This document shows positions 51,105 through 63,753 of a stretch of DNA of 64,000 nucleotides, piece by piece; the stretch's first letter is position 1; each line of letters starts with the position of its first letter. The stretch is taken from the NCBI GenBank assembly GCA_002269645.1, contig NIVC01001370.1, forward strand, positions 124,001 to 188,000, given 5' to 3'. The position numbers were made by a program, and so were the translations under genes. The DNA is from Macrostomum lignano. Taxonomy: Eukaryota. The notes beneath the pieces are model-generated. The model ran no database searches and was not told where the DNA came from. It saw only the letters and a list, made by a program, of their open reading frames with translations.

Positions 51105-51570
51105 TACCATGAATATTCCCATGAGCCATGATTATCCCCATGAACTATGAATATCCCAATGAACCATGATTATCACCATGAACGATGATTATCCCCATTA
51201 ACCATGATTATCCCCATGAACCATGATTATCCCCATGAATCATGATTATCCCCATTAACTATGATTTCCACATGAATCATGATTATCCCCATGAATCATG
51301 ATTATCCCCATTAACCATGATTATCCCCATGAACCATGATTATCCCCATGAATCATGATTATCCCCATGAATCATGATTATCCCCATTAACCATGATTAT
51401 CCCCATTAACCATGAGTATCCCCATGAACCATGATTATCCCCATTAACCATGAATATCCCCATTAACCATGATTATCCCCATGAACCATGATTATCCCCA
51501 TGAATCATGAATATCCCCATCAACTATGAATATTCCCCATGAACCATCATTATCCCCATGAAGCATGAAT
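51105..51570. repeat. 19-bp minisatellite (AACCATGATTATCCCCATG)n
   Basis: Period 19. Confidence 0.94.
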
Positions 51571-52009
51571 ATCTTCTTTGAATTTTTAAGCTGTGAATCT
51601 CTTAACCCCAATATTGACTAAAAATCAGTTGTTTTTAAAACCACTTTTGGCATCCGTCAAGCAAACCAAACCCGAATTAGCGGGCCATGGAAACCAAAGC
51701 TCACCTCCGCCTCGGGTTCTGTCTCGAGCGAACGAATCCTCAATAGTGAAACACAATAGGGTTTATTGGGAGATTGAACAGGGTTGGAGAGCGGGGGTGG
51801 GGGAGGCACGCACAGTTCGAGGGGGGGGGCGTATAAGCTGAAAATAGGCAAACTGCCAATAAGATCGCTAGCTCGAATTGAGAATATTGAGAATCTTGCA
51901 TGGCTATCCTTTCCTTTCTCACTATTTTTCGCGCATGATCGCTGGGAGGGTCATGACCCCCGTCACCTCTCGTTATCCGGAGTACATCATCATAAGTTTC
52001 TGATTCTTT

Positions 52010-53070
52010 TCCCCTCTCTCTTCTCTCCTCTTCCCCTCTCTCTTCTCTCCTCTTCCCCTCTCTCTTCTCTCCTCTTCCCCTCTCTCTTCTCTCCTCTTCC
52101 CCTCTCTCTTCTCTCCTCTTCCCCTCTCTCTTCTCTCCTCTTCCCCTCTCTTTTCTCTCCTCTTCCCCTCTTTCTTCTCTCCTCTTCCCCTCTCTTTTCT
52201 CTCCTCTTCCCATCTCTCTTCTCTCCTCTTCCCCTCTTCTCTCCCTTTTCCCCTCTCACTTCTCTCCTCTTTTCCCCTCTCTCTTCTCTCCTCTTCCCCC
52301 CCTCACTTCTCTCCTCTTCCCCTCTCTTTTCTCTCCTCTTCCCATCTCTCTTCTCTCCTCTTCCCCTCTTCTCTCCCTTTTCCCCTCTCACTTCTCTCCT
52401 CTTCCCCTCTCTCTTCTCCCCTCTTTTCCCCTCTCTCTTCTCTCCTCTTCCCCTCGCTCTTCTCTCCTCTTCCCCTCTCTCTTCTCCCCTCTTTTCCCCT
52501 CGATCTTCTCTCCTCTTCCCCTCTCTCTTTCCCCTCTCTCTTCTCTCCTCTTCTCCTCTCTCTTCTCCCCTCTTCCCCCCTCTCTTTTCTCCCCTCTTCT
52601 CTTCTCTCTCTTCTCTCTCTTCTCCCCTCTTTTCCCCTCGATCTTCTCTCCTCTTCCCCTCTCTCTTTCCCCTCTCTCTTCTCTCCTCTTCCCCTCTCTC
52701 TTCTCTCCTCTTCCTCTCTCTCTTCTCTCCTCTTCCTCTCTCTCTTCTCTCCTCTTCCCCTCTCTCTTCTCTCCTCTTCCTCTCTCTCTTCTCTCCTCTT
52801 CCTCTCTCTCTTCTCTCCTCTTCCCCTCTCTCTTCTCTCCTCTTCCTCTCTTCTCTTCTCTCCTCTTCCTCTCTCTCTTCTCTCCTCTTCCTCTCTCTCT
52901 TCTCTCCTCTTCCCCTCTCTCTTCTCTCCTCTTCCTCTCTCTCTTCTCTCCTCTTCCCCTCTCTCTTCTCTCCTCTTCCTCTCTCTCTTCTCTCATCTTC
53001 CCCTCTCTCTTCTCTCCTCTTCCTCTCTCTCTTCTCTCCTCTTCCCCTCTCTTCTCTCTCCTCTTCCCTC
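52010..53070. repeat. CT-rich polypyrimidine minisatellite (CTCTTCTCTCCTCTTCCCCTCT)n
   Basis: Almost pure C/T tandem array. Confidence 0.94.
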
Positions 53071-53705
53071 TGACTTTATTTTCTCATCTTGCACTCCATG
53101 GGTCGCACTCACTGGCACGACCCAATACCCATGATGATACTGTAATCAGGGTGTGTAATGGTGCGTCCTCATTGACTTTAGGAATTAGGAATCTAAGATC
53201 AAAATGAGAAACGCGAAGTCGAATATGTTCTGTTCGGAAACAGACCACAGCGATAGATGCCGAATTATTATACAAAAGAAGTTCTCGGCAAAGAAACACT
53301 TCAATAGAACACGAGCGGTCTTACAGAAGAAGTGGCTGTCTATAAAAAAGCCGATCAATCATAATCGAAACCTGACAGTCTTGCTGTGTAAAAGCATGCT
53401 TTATTTTATGTGATGCATCATGCATACTATCAAGCTATCAAGCTATCAAGCTATCAAGCAAGATTGTCGAAGTGTAAATATTCGATATTCGATTTGATGG
53501 CTGTTAGCCTGACACAACTGAAAGAATACACAAATTTATAATTGCGAATTGTGCAGATTAATAACACCGCGAACCTTTTTTTAGCTCAGATAAGAGCAGA
53601 GGAGAGAGGAGAGAGGAGGGAGAGCGATGAGATGAGATGAGCGGAGATATATGAGATTAGAGATGAGATGGCAAAAGCTGATAGATTTGAGGAGAGAAGA
53701 GAGAA

Positions 53706-54168
53706 GCCAGCACCAGGGGGCGCCAGCACCAGGGGGCGCCAGCACCAGGGGGCGCCAGCACCAGGGGGCGCCAGCACCAGGGGGCACCAGCACCAGGGGG
53801 CGCCAGCACCAGGGGGCGCCAGCACCAGGGGGCGCCAGCACCAGGGGGCGCCAGCACCAGGGGGCGCCAGCACCAGGGGGCGCCAGCACCAGGGGGCGCC
53901 AGCACCAGGGGGCGCCAGCACCAGGGGGCGCCAGCACCAGGGGGCGCCAGCACCAGGGGGCGCCAGCACCAGGGGGCGCCAGCACCAGGGGGCGCCAGCA
54001 CCAGGGGGCGCCAGCACCAGGGGCGCCAGCACCAGGGGGCGCCAGCACCAGGGGGCGCCAGCACCAGGGGGCGCCAGCACCAGGGGGCGCCAGCACCAGG
54101 GGGCGCCAGCACCAGGGGGCGCCAGCACCAGGGGGCGCCAGCACCAGGGGGCGCCAGCACCAGGGGGT
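53706..54168. repeat. 16-bp GC-rich minisatellite (CCAGGGGGCGCCAGCA)n
   Basis: About 29 nearly identical units; GGCGCC core. Confidence 0.96.
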
Positions 54169-54761
54169 GCAAAAGTAGTTGTGTTGAGTTCAATTACTAT
54201 TGGCACCAGTGAATCCGGGGTGTTGGGGCTGGCTGAACGTCAGTTGGCTTACATGTACATCTCCAGTCTAAAGGGTATAATCCACTATTATTCGTTAAAT
54301 AATAGTAGCTAAAGAGGGAATAAAACCCATTGCCAAGTACTTGAAGTAGACATGTCTACGAAGTCACGATTTTTTTCGTGTATAGCCTCAAAAAATTTAT
54401 AAGAAACTCTGCTTAATTTTCACGTGTTTGCTGCTTTGGCAAAGTTGCATACTTGGATAGTATACTAGCTATTACATAATAGGGCAGCGGCTTTCTAAAG
54501 CAAAATAACAGAAGTCTACAGACGCAAATAACAACACAAATGCACAGGATGGCAGGAACCCAGTCTGTGACCATTAATGATCCTGGCATTGTAAGCGAGT
54601 AAATCTTTTATTGGCGAATGCTATTTTGAGACAGCTATGAATAAAAGAAGCTACCGTGTAGCGCTGTGCATAAACAAAAATATCAAGAAAAACGCGCCCT
54701 CTGGACGCACCTACAAAACGCAAATGAAATAACAAAAACTCAGTGTTACATGCTTTGTGAG

Positions 54762-55360
54762 TGACTGTGGTCATGTGAGTGAGTGAGTGTAGTCATGTGA
54801 GTGAGTGACTATAGTCATGTGAGTGACTGTAGTCATGTGAGTGACTGTAGTCATGTGAGTGAGTGAGTGTAGTCATGTGAGTGAGTGACTATAGTCATGT
54901 GAGTGACTATAGTCATGTGAGTGACTGTAGTCATGTGAGTGACTGTAGTCATGTGAGTGACTGTAGTCATGTGAGTGACTGTAGTCATGTGAGTGAGTGA
55001 GTGTAGTCATGTGAGTGAGTGACTATAGTCATGTGAGTGACTATAGTCATGTGAGTGACTGTAGTCATGTGAGTGAGTGAGTGTAGTCATGTGAGTGAGT
55101 GACTATAGTCATGTGAGTGAGTGAGTGTAGTCATGTGAGTGACTGTAGTCATGTGAGTGAGTGAGTGTAGTCATGTGAGTGAGTGACTATAGTCATGTGA
55201 GTGAGTGAGCGTAGTCATGTGAGTGAGTGACTATAGTGATGTGAGTGACTGTAGTCATGTGCGTGACTGTAGTCATGTGAGTGACTGTAGTCATGTGAGT
55301 GACTGTAGTCATGTGAGTGAGTGTCTGTAGTCATTTGAGTGGGTGACTGTAGTAGTCATG
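54762..55360. repeat. 18/22-bp minisatellite (GTGACTGTAGTCATGTGA)n
   Basis: Units with variable GTGA insertions. Confidence 0.95.
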
Positions 55361-57055
55361 TGATGTCAGCCAAACACCATTTTTTTCAATCGGAAATGGT
55401 GGGTCTCATAACCTTATGAGCTATAACTTGAATCTTCAGTTGAAAATTGAAGTGTCTGTCTGTTTTAACTGTCACCGACTAAGATCGAAGGGGATGCATT
55501 CAGATTGTTTGAACGAGTCAATATCTTGCGTGTTGATGTTTTCTTGGTTGAAATGTGCTCACATTATTTACTGGTAATATCTGAACATGTCCCAATGAGT
55601 CAGTTTTATAGTCTTTATGCAATTCCCTCTGATTTGAACTGTTTATCTCGTAGTCGACTTATTTCTGTTTGCGAGAACCGTGCTCAGAGCCACCATCAAG
55701 AGCTGCGCTTTTTTAGAGCAACATCTTAAGTTCTCTTATGCCTTCCTTTCCAAGCAAATAAGCCAGAGCTTCAAGATAGGCATTCAGCACTGTATCTTAT
55801 TTAACAAGGGCAAGCCTGTCAAAGCAGAAAAGTAAAAAAAGTAAAGAAAGTGGTTCTTGCTCGTCTAGCACTCCTAAAATCTAGTTTTTACTTTTTTTGA
55901 GCGAAATTTTGAGTCCTGGTGACGCCACTATCGTTACTACAGACATGATTGTGTGTGTACACCAGGGGTCGGCCACATGCCGCCCGCGTAGCCTCTCTAT
56001 CCGGCCCTCGGGCGCTTTGAAACTTCACAATAGCAATCCGGCCCGCTCAGGGTTTGTGTCTCTTCTCAGCTCTCTTCTCTCCCCTCCCCTCTCTCCTCTC
56101 TCTCCCCTCCTCTCTCCCTCTCCCCTCTTCTCTTCCTCTCCCTCTCTCCACTCTCTCCCTCTCCCTCTCCCTCTCCTCTCTTCTCTCTTCTCTCCCTCTC
56201 CCCTCTTCCCTCTTCTCTCCCTCTCTTCTCTCTTCTCTCCCTTTTCCCTATCCCCTCTTCTCTCTTCTGTCTCTTTTATACATTCTTTCCTTTAATCACT
56301 CATTTAATCATGTCAACTCCTCTCTCGCCTCTCCACTCTCAACTCTTCTTTCATCGCTCATTTCCTGTTTTCACTTCTCTCTTCTTTCTTCCCACGCAGT
56401 TACAGCATGTACACCAGTAGCGTTACATAAGCCCTAGCCGTAGCCAGCCCTACAAATGGTAATTATGAATTTCTTCAACAGCACGCAAAGTCGCCAATTA
56501 GCTTTCCATTGCCAGTGTTTCCTTTGTCTGTGCAATGTTTTATTTCGCTTTCTTAATGTTTCCTTTCACATGAGGCGAGTCCCAAGCAGAATGCATTGAG
56601 AGCAGCATAATTGGGTTGAGAAATAGATGAGCAAGAGACCGCAGGGAGGTAGAGTTTGAGCTTGTCTGTGCAGATTTCGGTCAGCACACACCATTGCAGC
56701 GTTTGAACCTGAGCCACCTCACCCAGCCTCACTAGTCTTATTCAGGCAGGTTTTGTCGCCAGAACATACACCTAAAGAGAGGTCTAGAGACAGTTGGAGC
56801 CTTGGAGTGGAGACTGTATGGCCCTAGAGTTCTTCATCTGAGGAGGGAGGGAAGGGGGCGGCTACAATAGAGTTTGGCTCCAAGGCTCGAAGTGCTGTGC
56901 AAAAGCTGGGAGCCGCTGCAGCCACTCCCTCGGCACCCGCCCCCGCCTTTGAGCCAGGAAAATTATTCATTCTCAACTCTTTCCAACACAGTCTGTTAGC
57001 AATATAAAAAAGTGAAATAAAACACAAACGTACGCAAGTTATCTTACAACTTTAG

Positions 57056-57620
57056 ATTCAGTGTCTGGATACCAGATGCTCGAAATGATTTCGCTTAACA
57101 TTCAACAACAGCAGCAGCAGCAACAGCAGCAACAACAACAGCAGCATCAGCAGCAGCATCAGCAGCAGCATCCGCTAATACTGCAACAGTGCGACCCGCT
57201 GGGCCATCACCACACTCGTCCAGACGATTCCGACCTGGAAAACCTATTCAGCATTCCTTTGATAGCGGATTCATCCACCGAGTGCGGCATCTATCAGTTC
57301 GGCTGCCTGCCAGCGCTAACAGACTGTCACCGGGAGCAGAAGCAGAGCTTCAGCGATGCCAGCGACACCACCGCGGCGGCGACCAATGGCATCATCAAGT
57401 TGGAGGATTCCGGCTGGAGCGACTCCGACAGTCTCTGGCAGCCGACCTGCATGCCGGCGCCGATTCCGCGACATCCGCAGCCGCTTCCGCCGCCGCCGCT
57501 GCAGCAGCATCAGCAGTTTGAACAATTTCAACTCGAACAAAGGCGGAGCAATCAGTTGAGCAGGTCGATATCCAACTTCACTAGTCAGTCGTCAATTGAT
57601 AGCAGCGTTGGCTGCCCGGG
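57056..57620 (+). CDS. BMAL1/cycle-like bHLH-PAS factor, polyQ N-terminal exon
   Basis: Acceptor caactttag|; ATG at 57076 (MLEMISLNIQQQQ…); polyQ; donor GG|gtaagt, phase 2. Confidence 0.72.
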
Positions 57621-57644
57621 GTAAGTGCGGTTTCTTGGTCAATG

Positions 57645-58940
57645 GCTGTTTGATGTCAGCCATGAGGTCTCACTCCACACACTTCCCCAGCTGTCAGTGA
57701 GGAGGTGATGTCAGCCATGAGGTCTCACTCTACACACTTCCTCAGCTGTCAGTGAGGAGGTGATGTCAGTCATGAGGTCTCACTCTACACACTTCCCCAG
57801 CTGTCAGTGAGGAGGTGATGTCAGTCATGAGGTCTCACTCTACACACTTCCCCAGCTGTCAGTGAGGAGGTGATGTCAGTCATGAGGTCTCACTCTACAC
57901 ACTTCCCCAGCTGTCAGTGAGGAGGTGATGTCAGTCATGAGGTCTCACTCTACACACTTCCCCAGCTGTCAGTGAGGAGGTGATGTCAGTCATGAGGTCT
58001 CACTCCACACACTTCCCCAGCTGTCAGTGAGGAGGTGATGTCAGTCATGAGGTCTCACTCCACACACTTCCCCAGCTGTCAGTGAGGAGGTGATGTCAGT
58101 CATGAGGTCTCACTCTACACACTTCCCCAGCTGTCAGTGAGGAGGTGATGTCAGTCATGAGGTCTCACTCTACACACTTCCCCAGCTGTCAGTGAGGAGG
58201 TGATGTCAGTCATGAGGTCTCACTCTACACACTTCCCCAGCTGTCAGTGAGGAGGTGATGTTAGTCATGAGGTCTCACTCTACACACTTCCCCAGCTGTC
58301 AGTGAGGAGGTGATGTCAGTCATGAGGTCTCACTCTACACACTTCCCCAGCTGTCAGTGAGGAGGTGATGTCAGTCATGAGGTCTCACTCCACACACTTC
58401 CCCAGCTGTCAGTGAGGAGGTGATGTCAGTCATGAGGTCTCACTCCACACACTTCCCCAGCTGTCAGTGAGGAGGTGATGTCAGTCATGAGGTCTCACTC
58501 TACACACTTCCCCAGCTGTCAGTGAGGAGGTGATGTCAGTCATGAGGTCTCACTCTACACACTTCCCCAGCTGTCAGTGAGGAGGTGATGTCAGTCATGA
58601 GGTCTCACTCTACACACTTCCCCAGCTGTCAGTGAGGAGGTGATGTCAGTCATGAGGTCTCACTCTACACACTTCCCCAGCTGTCAGTGAGGAGGTGATG
58701 TCAGTCATGAGGTCTCACTCTACACACTTCCCCAGCTGTCAGTGAGGAGGTGATGTCAGTCATGAGGTCTCACTCTACACACTTCCCCAGCTGTCAGTGA
58801 GGAGGTGATGTCAGTCATGAGGTCTCACTCTACACACTTCCCCAGCTGTCAGTGAGGAGGTGATGTCAGTCATGAGGTCTCACTCTACACACTTCCCCAG
58901 CTGTCAGTGAGGAGTTGATGTCAGTCATGAGGTCTCACTC
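57645..58940. repeat. 55-bp highly homogeneous intronic tandem repeat (~23 copies)
   Basis: GGTGATGTCAGTCATGAGGTCTCACTCTACACACTTCCCCAGCTGTCAGTGAGGA; period 55. Confidence 0.97.
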
Positions 58941-59068
58941 AAGCCGTCAGGGACGCGATTTGTGCGTCCTACTTTAATGAATAGAAAAGCGACGATTTTA
59001 ATCAGCAAGCACGCTCAAGCTCTCAAAGCAATAATTTCACACCAACCACACCGCTGACATTCGGCGAG

Positions 59069-59173
59069 CAGGGTGGACTTGCTGTTCGGTGACTCGACGG
59101 CGGACAACAGCAACATGGAAGTGGACGGGCAGGAGCCGGTGACGATTCTGCAGAATGGCGACATTCAGTCAGG
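59069..59173 (+). CDS. BMAL1/cycle-like factor, small exon
   Basis: ctgac…ggcgag|C acceptor (weak pyrimidine tract); RVDLLFGDSTADNSNMEVDGQEPVTILQNGDIQS; GG|gtgagg; phase 2 at both ends, matching neighbours. Confidence 0.6.
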
Positions 59174-59384
59174 GTGAGGATGCAGGTGCTCTGTGAGGAG
59201 TGTGAGCACCGCTGAAGGATTCTAAGGGTATGGGTGGAAATTAGAATTGCTTACCAGAAGAGGTCACTAAACAGGATTCGATGGACTCTCAGCAGTAGGA
59301 AGAGTGTGGAAGAGGAGATGAGTGGAAGAGAAGAGGATTAGTAGAGGAAGACGAAGAAGAAGAGGATGACACTGAGAATCAGAC

Positions 59385-60490
59385 AGTGAGACGGAGAATT
59401 AAAGAGTGAGGTAGATAAGTAGAGAGTGAGACGGAAAGTAGAGATTGAGACAGAGAAGTAGAGAGTGAGCCAGAGAAGTAGAGAGTGAGACGGAGAATTA
59501 GAGAGTGAGACGGAGAAGTAGAGAGTGAGATGGAGAAGTAGAGGGTGAGCCAGAGAAGTAGAGAGTGAGACGGAGAATTAGAGAGTGAGACGGAGAAGTA
59601 GAGAGTGAGATGGAGAAGTAGAGGGTGAGCCAGAGAAGTAGAGAGTGAGACGGAGAATTAGAGAGTGAGACGGAGAAGTAGAGAGTGAGACGGAGAAGTC
59701 AAGGTAGAGAGGGAAAGTAGAGAGTAAGACGGAAAGTAGAGATTTAGACAGAGAAGTAGAGGGTGAGCCGGAGAAGTAGAGAGTGAGACGGAGAAGTAGA
59801 GAGTGAGACAGAGAAGTAAAGAGTGGGGTAGAGAAGTAGAGAGTGAGGTAGAGAAGTAGAGAGTGAGACGGAGAAGTCAAGGTAGAGAGGGAAAGTAGAG
59901 AGTAAGACGGAAAGTAGAGATTTAGACAGAGAAGTAGAGGGTGAGCCGGAGAAGTAGAGAGTGAGACGGAGAAGTAGAGAGTGAGACAGAGAAGTAAAGA
60001 GTGGGGTAGAGAAGTAGAGAGTGAGGTAGAGAAGTAGAGAGTGAGACGGAGAAGTCAAGGTAGAGAGGGAAAGTAGAGAGTGAGACGGAAAGTAGAGATT
60101 GAGACAGAGAAGTTGAGAGTAAGACGGAGAAGTCAAGATATCAGATAGATACGGAGAAGTTGAGAGTAAGACGGAGAAGTCAAGATATCAGATAGATACG
60201 GAGAAGTTGAGAGTAAGACGGAGAAGTCAAGATATCAGATAGATACGGAGAAGTTGAGAGTAAGACGGAGAAGTCAAGATATCAGATAGATACGGAGAAG
60301 TTGAGAGTAAGACGGAGAAGTCAAGATATCAGATAGATACGGAGAAGTTGAGAGTAAGACGGAGAAGTCAAGATAGAGATCGAGAAGTAGAGAGTGAGGT
60401 AGAGAAGTAGAGAGTGAGACGGAAAGTAGAGAATGAGAGACAGAGAAGTAGAGAGTGAGACAGAGAAGTAGAGAGTGAGACGGAGAAGCA
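59385..60490. repeat. GA-rich 20-bp array (GAGAGTGAGACGGAGAAGTA) with ~180-bp and 47-bp sub-duplications
   Basis: Intronic; nested periods visible. Confidence 0.92.
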
Positions 60491-61224
60491 AGCCACTCAG
60501 ATCGGGGAATTGGACAATTTTAGGCATTGAAATCTACATCAAAACTACATGTAAGACTAATTAAATTTCTCTCAATGTTACAACGTTGAGCAAAATCTCT
60601 CTAGCAAAAATTAGTTCGGTCTGAAAAACAGTCAGATCTGAAGAACAGATTCAAGTGAAAATTGGCCGGTCATGAGTCTACTTTGCTAGCCCAGCAAGCT
60701 GCTCAATATTAGCTAGGTTCTATTTGTGAGCCCGAGAAAGATAGAGAACATTGAACCGCATATGAGAAGCATACGAGCGTATTTAAAGCATTGGATTGTT
60801 AATACTTAATTGTGTTCAACAACTTGCGTGTGTCTCCGGCCCCCCACTGTCTTTTATTCGCAGAATGCACCTCACAGTGGGGGGTTGGTGGCCCCCACCA
60901 AGCACAGGTTATAAAACGAGCACTCCCCCCCCCCCCACCAGAGACTGTGTAGCTCTAGGGCCTGTTTTACGCAAGCCAACACAAAATGCATGGTTTATGA
61001 CTATTATAACAACAATTTATGCACCGGTTAAACTGGCAGGTTAAAATATTTTAGCAGCTCAAATAACTTTGACCGGCAAAGTTAGAGGCAACAACAGGGC
61101 AGATGATACACTTACTAAGTGTAATGCGGTAGTTTAATGTTTTTAAATATTGCCAGATGAGTAATGATAGACATATTCCACCCTGCCTCTCCATCTACTC
61201 TCCTTCAGCATCAAGGGGGGCGGG

Positions 61225-61525
61225 GATGAGAAAGTCAGGGCCGATTTACACCCCTGTGTACACAATGAGAAAGTCAGGGCCAATGTACACCCTGTGTACA
61301 CAATGAGAAAGTCAGGGCCGATTTACACCCCTGTGTACACAATGAGAAAGTCAGGGCCGATGTAAACCCTGTGTACACAATGAGAAAGTCAGGGCAGCTG
61401 TACACCCTGTGTTCACAATGAGAAAGTCAGGGCAGCTATACACCTGTGTACACAATGAGAAAGTCAGGGCCGATTTACACCCTGTGTACACAATGAGAAA
61501 GTCAGGGCAGCTGTACACCCTGTGT
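61225..61525. repeat. 38-39-bp intronic repeat (GAGAAAGTCAGGGCCGATTTACACCCTGTGTACACAAT)
   Basis: About 8 units upstream of the bHLH exon. Confidence 0.92.
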
Positions 61526-61593
61526 GAGCGCGTGCTCAGCAGTCCTGCGAAATCGAGCATGACTGTTGGCTCCCTCTACCCCGCCTCCGCCAG

Positions 61594-61882
61594 GTGGAAG
61601 CTGAACCACAGCGAAGTGGAAAAGATGCGCCGCGACAAGATGAACGGCTACATCCAGGAGATGGCCAGCCTGGTGCCTCTGTGCCGTTCGGCCAGCAGGA
61701 AGCTGGACAAGCTAACAGTGATGAGGATGACGGCTCAGCACCTCAAAACTCTCCGGCTGAGGCGTCTCGGAAACGGCGGCAGTGGCGGCCGCGGCCGCGG
61801 CGGTAACGGCACGGGGATGCAGTTGGCCGAGGCTGCAAGTCATTTGTTCAGCACCTCCGATCTGCAGAGAATCATCCAGAAA
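61594..61882 (+). CDS. cyc: BMAL1/cycle-like factor, bHLH exon
   Basis: [27 protein letters not shown]…[11 protein letters not shown]…QHLKTLR resembles BMAL1/Cycle ([11 protein letters not shown]) more than ARNT (RKPDKLTILRM); phase-2 acceptor; donor AAA|gtgaga. Confidence 0.88.
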
Positions 61883-61909
61883 GTGAGACGGAAGTTTTTT
61901 TAACGGTTT

Positions 61910-62620
61910 TAACTAGTTCCTACCGGTTCTAACCAGCTAACACCGGTGTCAATCAGTTCCTACCGGTTCTAACCAGTTAACACCGGTGTCAATCAGTTCC
62001 TACCGGTTCTAACCAGCTAACACCGGTGTCAATCAGTTCCTACTGGTTCTAACCAGCTAACACCGGTGTCAATCAGTTCCTACCGGTTCTAACCAGTTAA
62101 CACCGGTGTCAATCAGTTCCTACCGGTTCTAACCAGCTAACACCGGTGTGAATCAGTTCCTACCGGTTCTAACCAGTTAACACCGATGTCAATCAGTTCC
62201 TACTGGTTCTAACCAGTTAACACCGGTGTCAATCAGTTCCTACCGGTTCTAACAAGCTAACACCGGTGTCAATCAGTTCCTATCGGTTCTAACCAGTTAA
62301 CACCGATGTCAATCAGTTCCTACCGGTTCTAACAAGCTAACACCGGTTGTCAATCAGTTCCTACCGGTTCTAACCAGCTAACACCGGTGTGAATCAGTTT
62401 CTACCGGTTCTAACCAGTTAAGACCAGTGTCAATCAGTTCCTACCGGTTCTAACCAGCTAACACCGGTGTCAATCAGTTCCTACCGGTTCTAACCAGCTA
62501 ACACCGGTGTCAATCAGTTCCTACTGGTTCTAACCAGTTAACACCGGTGTCAATCAGTTCCTACCGGTTCTAACCAGCTAACACCGGTGTCAATCAGTTC
62601 CTACCGGTTCTAACCAGTAA
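61910..62620. repeat. 40-bp intronic repeat (TTCCTACCGGTTCTAACCAGCTAACACCGGTGTCAATCAG)
   Basis: Period 40. Confidence 0.96.
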
Positions 62621-62665
62621 ACTTTTGTTGCAACCAACCGACACCAACCGCCTAACGCGTCGCAG

Positions 62666-62776
62666 AACTTCGACGGCTTCATTCTGGTGATCGGCTGCGA
62701 TAGGGCGAGAATTCTCTACGCTTCAAAAGGATCGGACTGGCCGTCTAAGGACTCCAAGTGTCCGGAGTTCGAACCG
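62666..62776 (+). CDS. cyc: BMAL1/cycle-like factor, PAS-A exon 1
   Basis: NFDGFILVIGCDRARILYAS (cf. ADGFLFVVGCDRGKILFVS); cgcag| and |gtaaga. Confidence 0.9.
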
Positions 62777-62852
62777 GTAAGATATCAAAAGTTCAGCGTG
62801 TACTTTCAGAAAAAACAATTTGCCTAACCAAGCAACAACAACCGCTTTTTAG

Positions 62853-62967
62853 CGCGATCTGATTGGCCATAATCTGTTCGACATCGTTCATCCGAAAGAT
62901 GTGAACCTTGTCAAGGAGCAGCTGGTGCAGCCGGACTCGCTGCAGGATCTGGAAGGAGAGCAGCTTG
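62853..62967 (+). CDS. cyc: BMAL1/cycle-like factor, PAS-A exon 2
   Basis: RDLIGHNLFDIVHPKDVNLVKEQL (cf. [23 protein letters not shown]); tttttag| and G|gtgagg. Confidence 0.92.
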
Positions 62968-63069
62968 GTGAGGAGAATGTGCTGTTGTCTTAAAAAAACT
63001 GAGATATGGCGATGGTCGTGAGCTTGAGACTGAGACTGAAAGCAGTCGGAAACTGCACTGAGAAAGGGG

Positions 63070-63590
63070 AAACGGCAGTTGGAAACTACCCTGACCCTAG
63101 GGAGACGGCAGTTGGAAACTACCCTGACCTAAGGGAGACGGCAGTTGGAAACTACCCTGACCCTAGGGAGACGGCAGTTGGAAACTACCCTGACCTAAGG
63201 GAGACGGCAGTTGGAAACTACCCTGACCTAAGGGAGACGGCAGTTGGAAACTACCCTGACCCTAGGGAGACGGCAGTTGGAAACTACCCTGACCTAAGGG
63301 AGACGGCAGTTGGAAACTACCCTGACCTAAGGGAGACGGCAGTTGGAAACTATCCTGACCTAAGGGAGACGGCAGTTGGAAACTACCCTGACCTAAGGGA
63401 GACGGCAGTTGGAAACTACCCTGACCTAAGGGAGACGGCAGTTGGAAACTATCCTGACCTAAGGGAGACGGCAGTTGGAAACTACCCTGACCTAAGGGAG
63501 ACGGCAGTTGGAAACTATCCTGACCTAAGGGAGACGGCAGTTGGAAACTACCCTGACCTAGGGAGACGGCAGTTGGAAACTACCCTGAGG
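63070..63590. repeat. 33-bp intronic repeat (GAGACGGCAGTTGGAAACTACCCTGACCTAAGG)
   Basis: Source of the ETAVGNYPDLR ORF. Confidence 0.96.
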
Positions 63591-63666
63591 ATGAGTAAAC
63601 ACTCTCATAAATCGATTATTTCAGCCTGCATCCCATGTTAAAATTGCTAATTAACTGCACCCGCAG

Positions 63667-63753
63667 ACCTGTCGGGAGTGAGTTTCGGCTTGCGCAGGCA
63701 TTTCTACTGCCGCATCAGGACAGACGTTGGGCCCAGCTCAAGGCGGAGGGGAG
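63667..63753 (+). CDS. cyc: BMAL1/cycle-like factor, PAS-A exon 3 (gene continues past the window)
   Basis: cccgcag| phase 1; GLRRHFYCRIR (cf. GARRSFFCRMK); G|gtgaga. Confidence 0.85.

Noticed and set aside
55960-56045. CAGGGGTCGGCC hAT-like left end
   Set aside because: No matching right end found.
57645-63590. CRISPR-like appearance of the 33-55-bp regular arrays
   Set aside because: Head-to-tail repeats with no unique spacers, no cas genes, and a eukaryotic intronic context.
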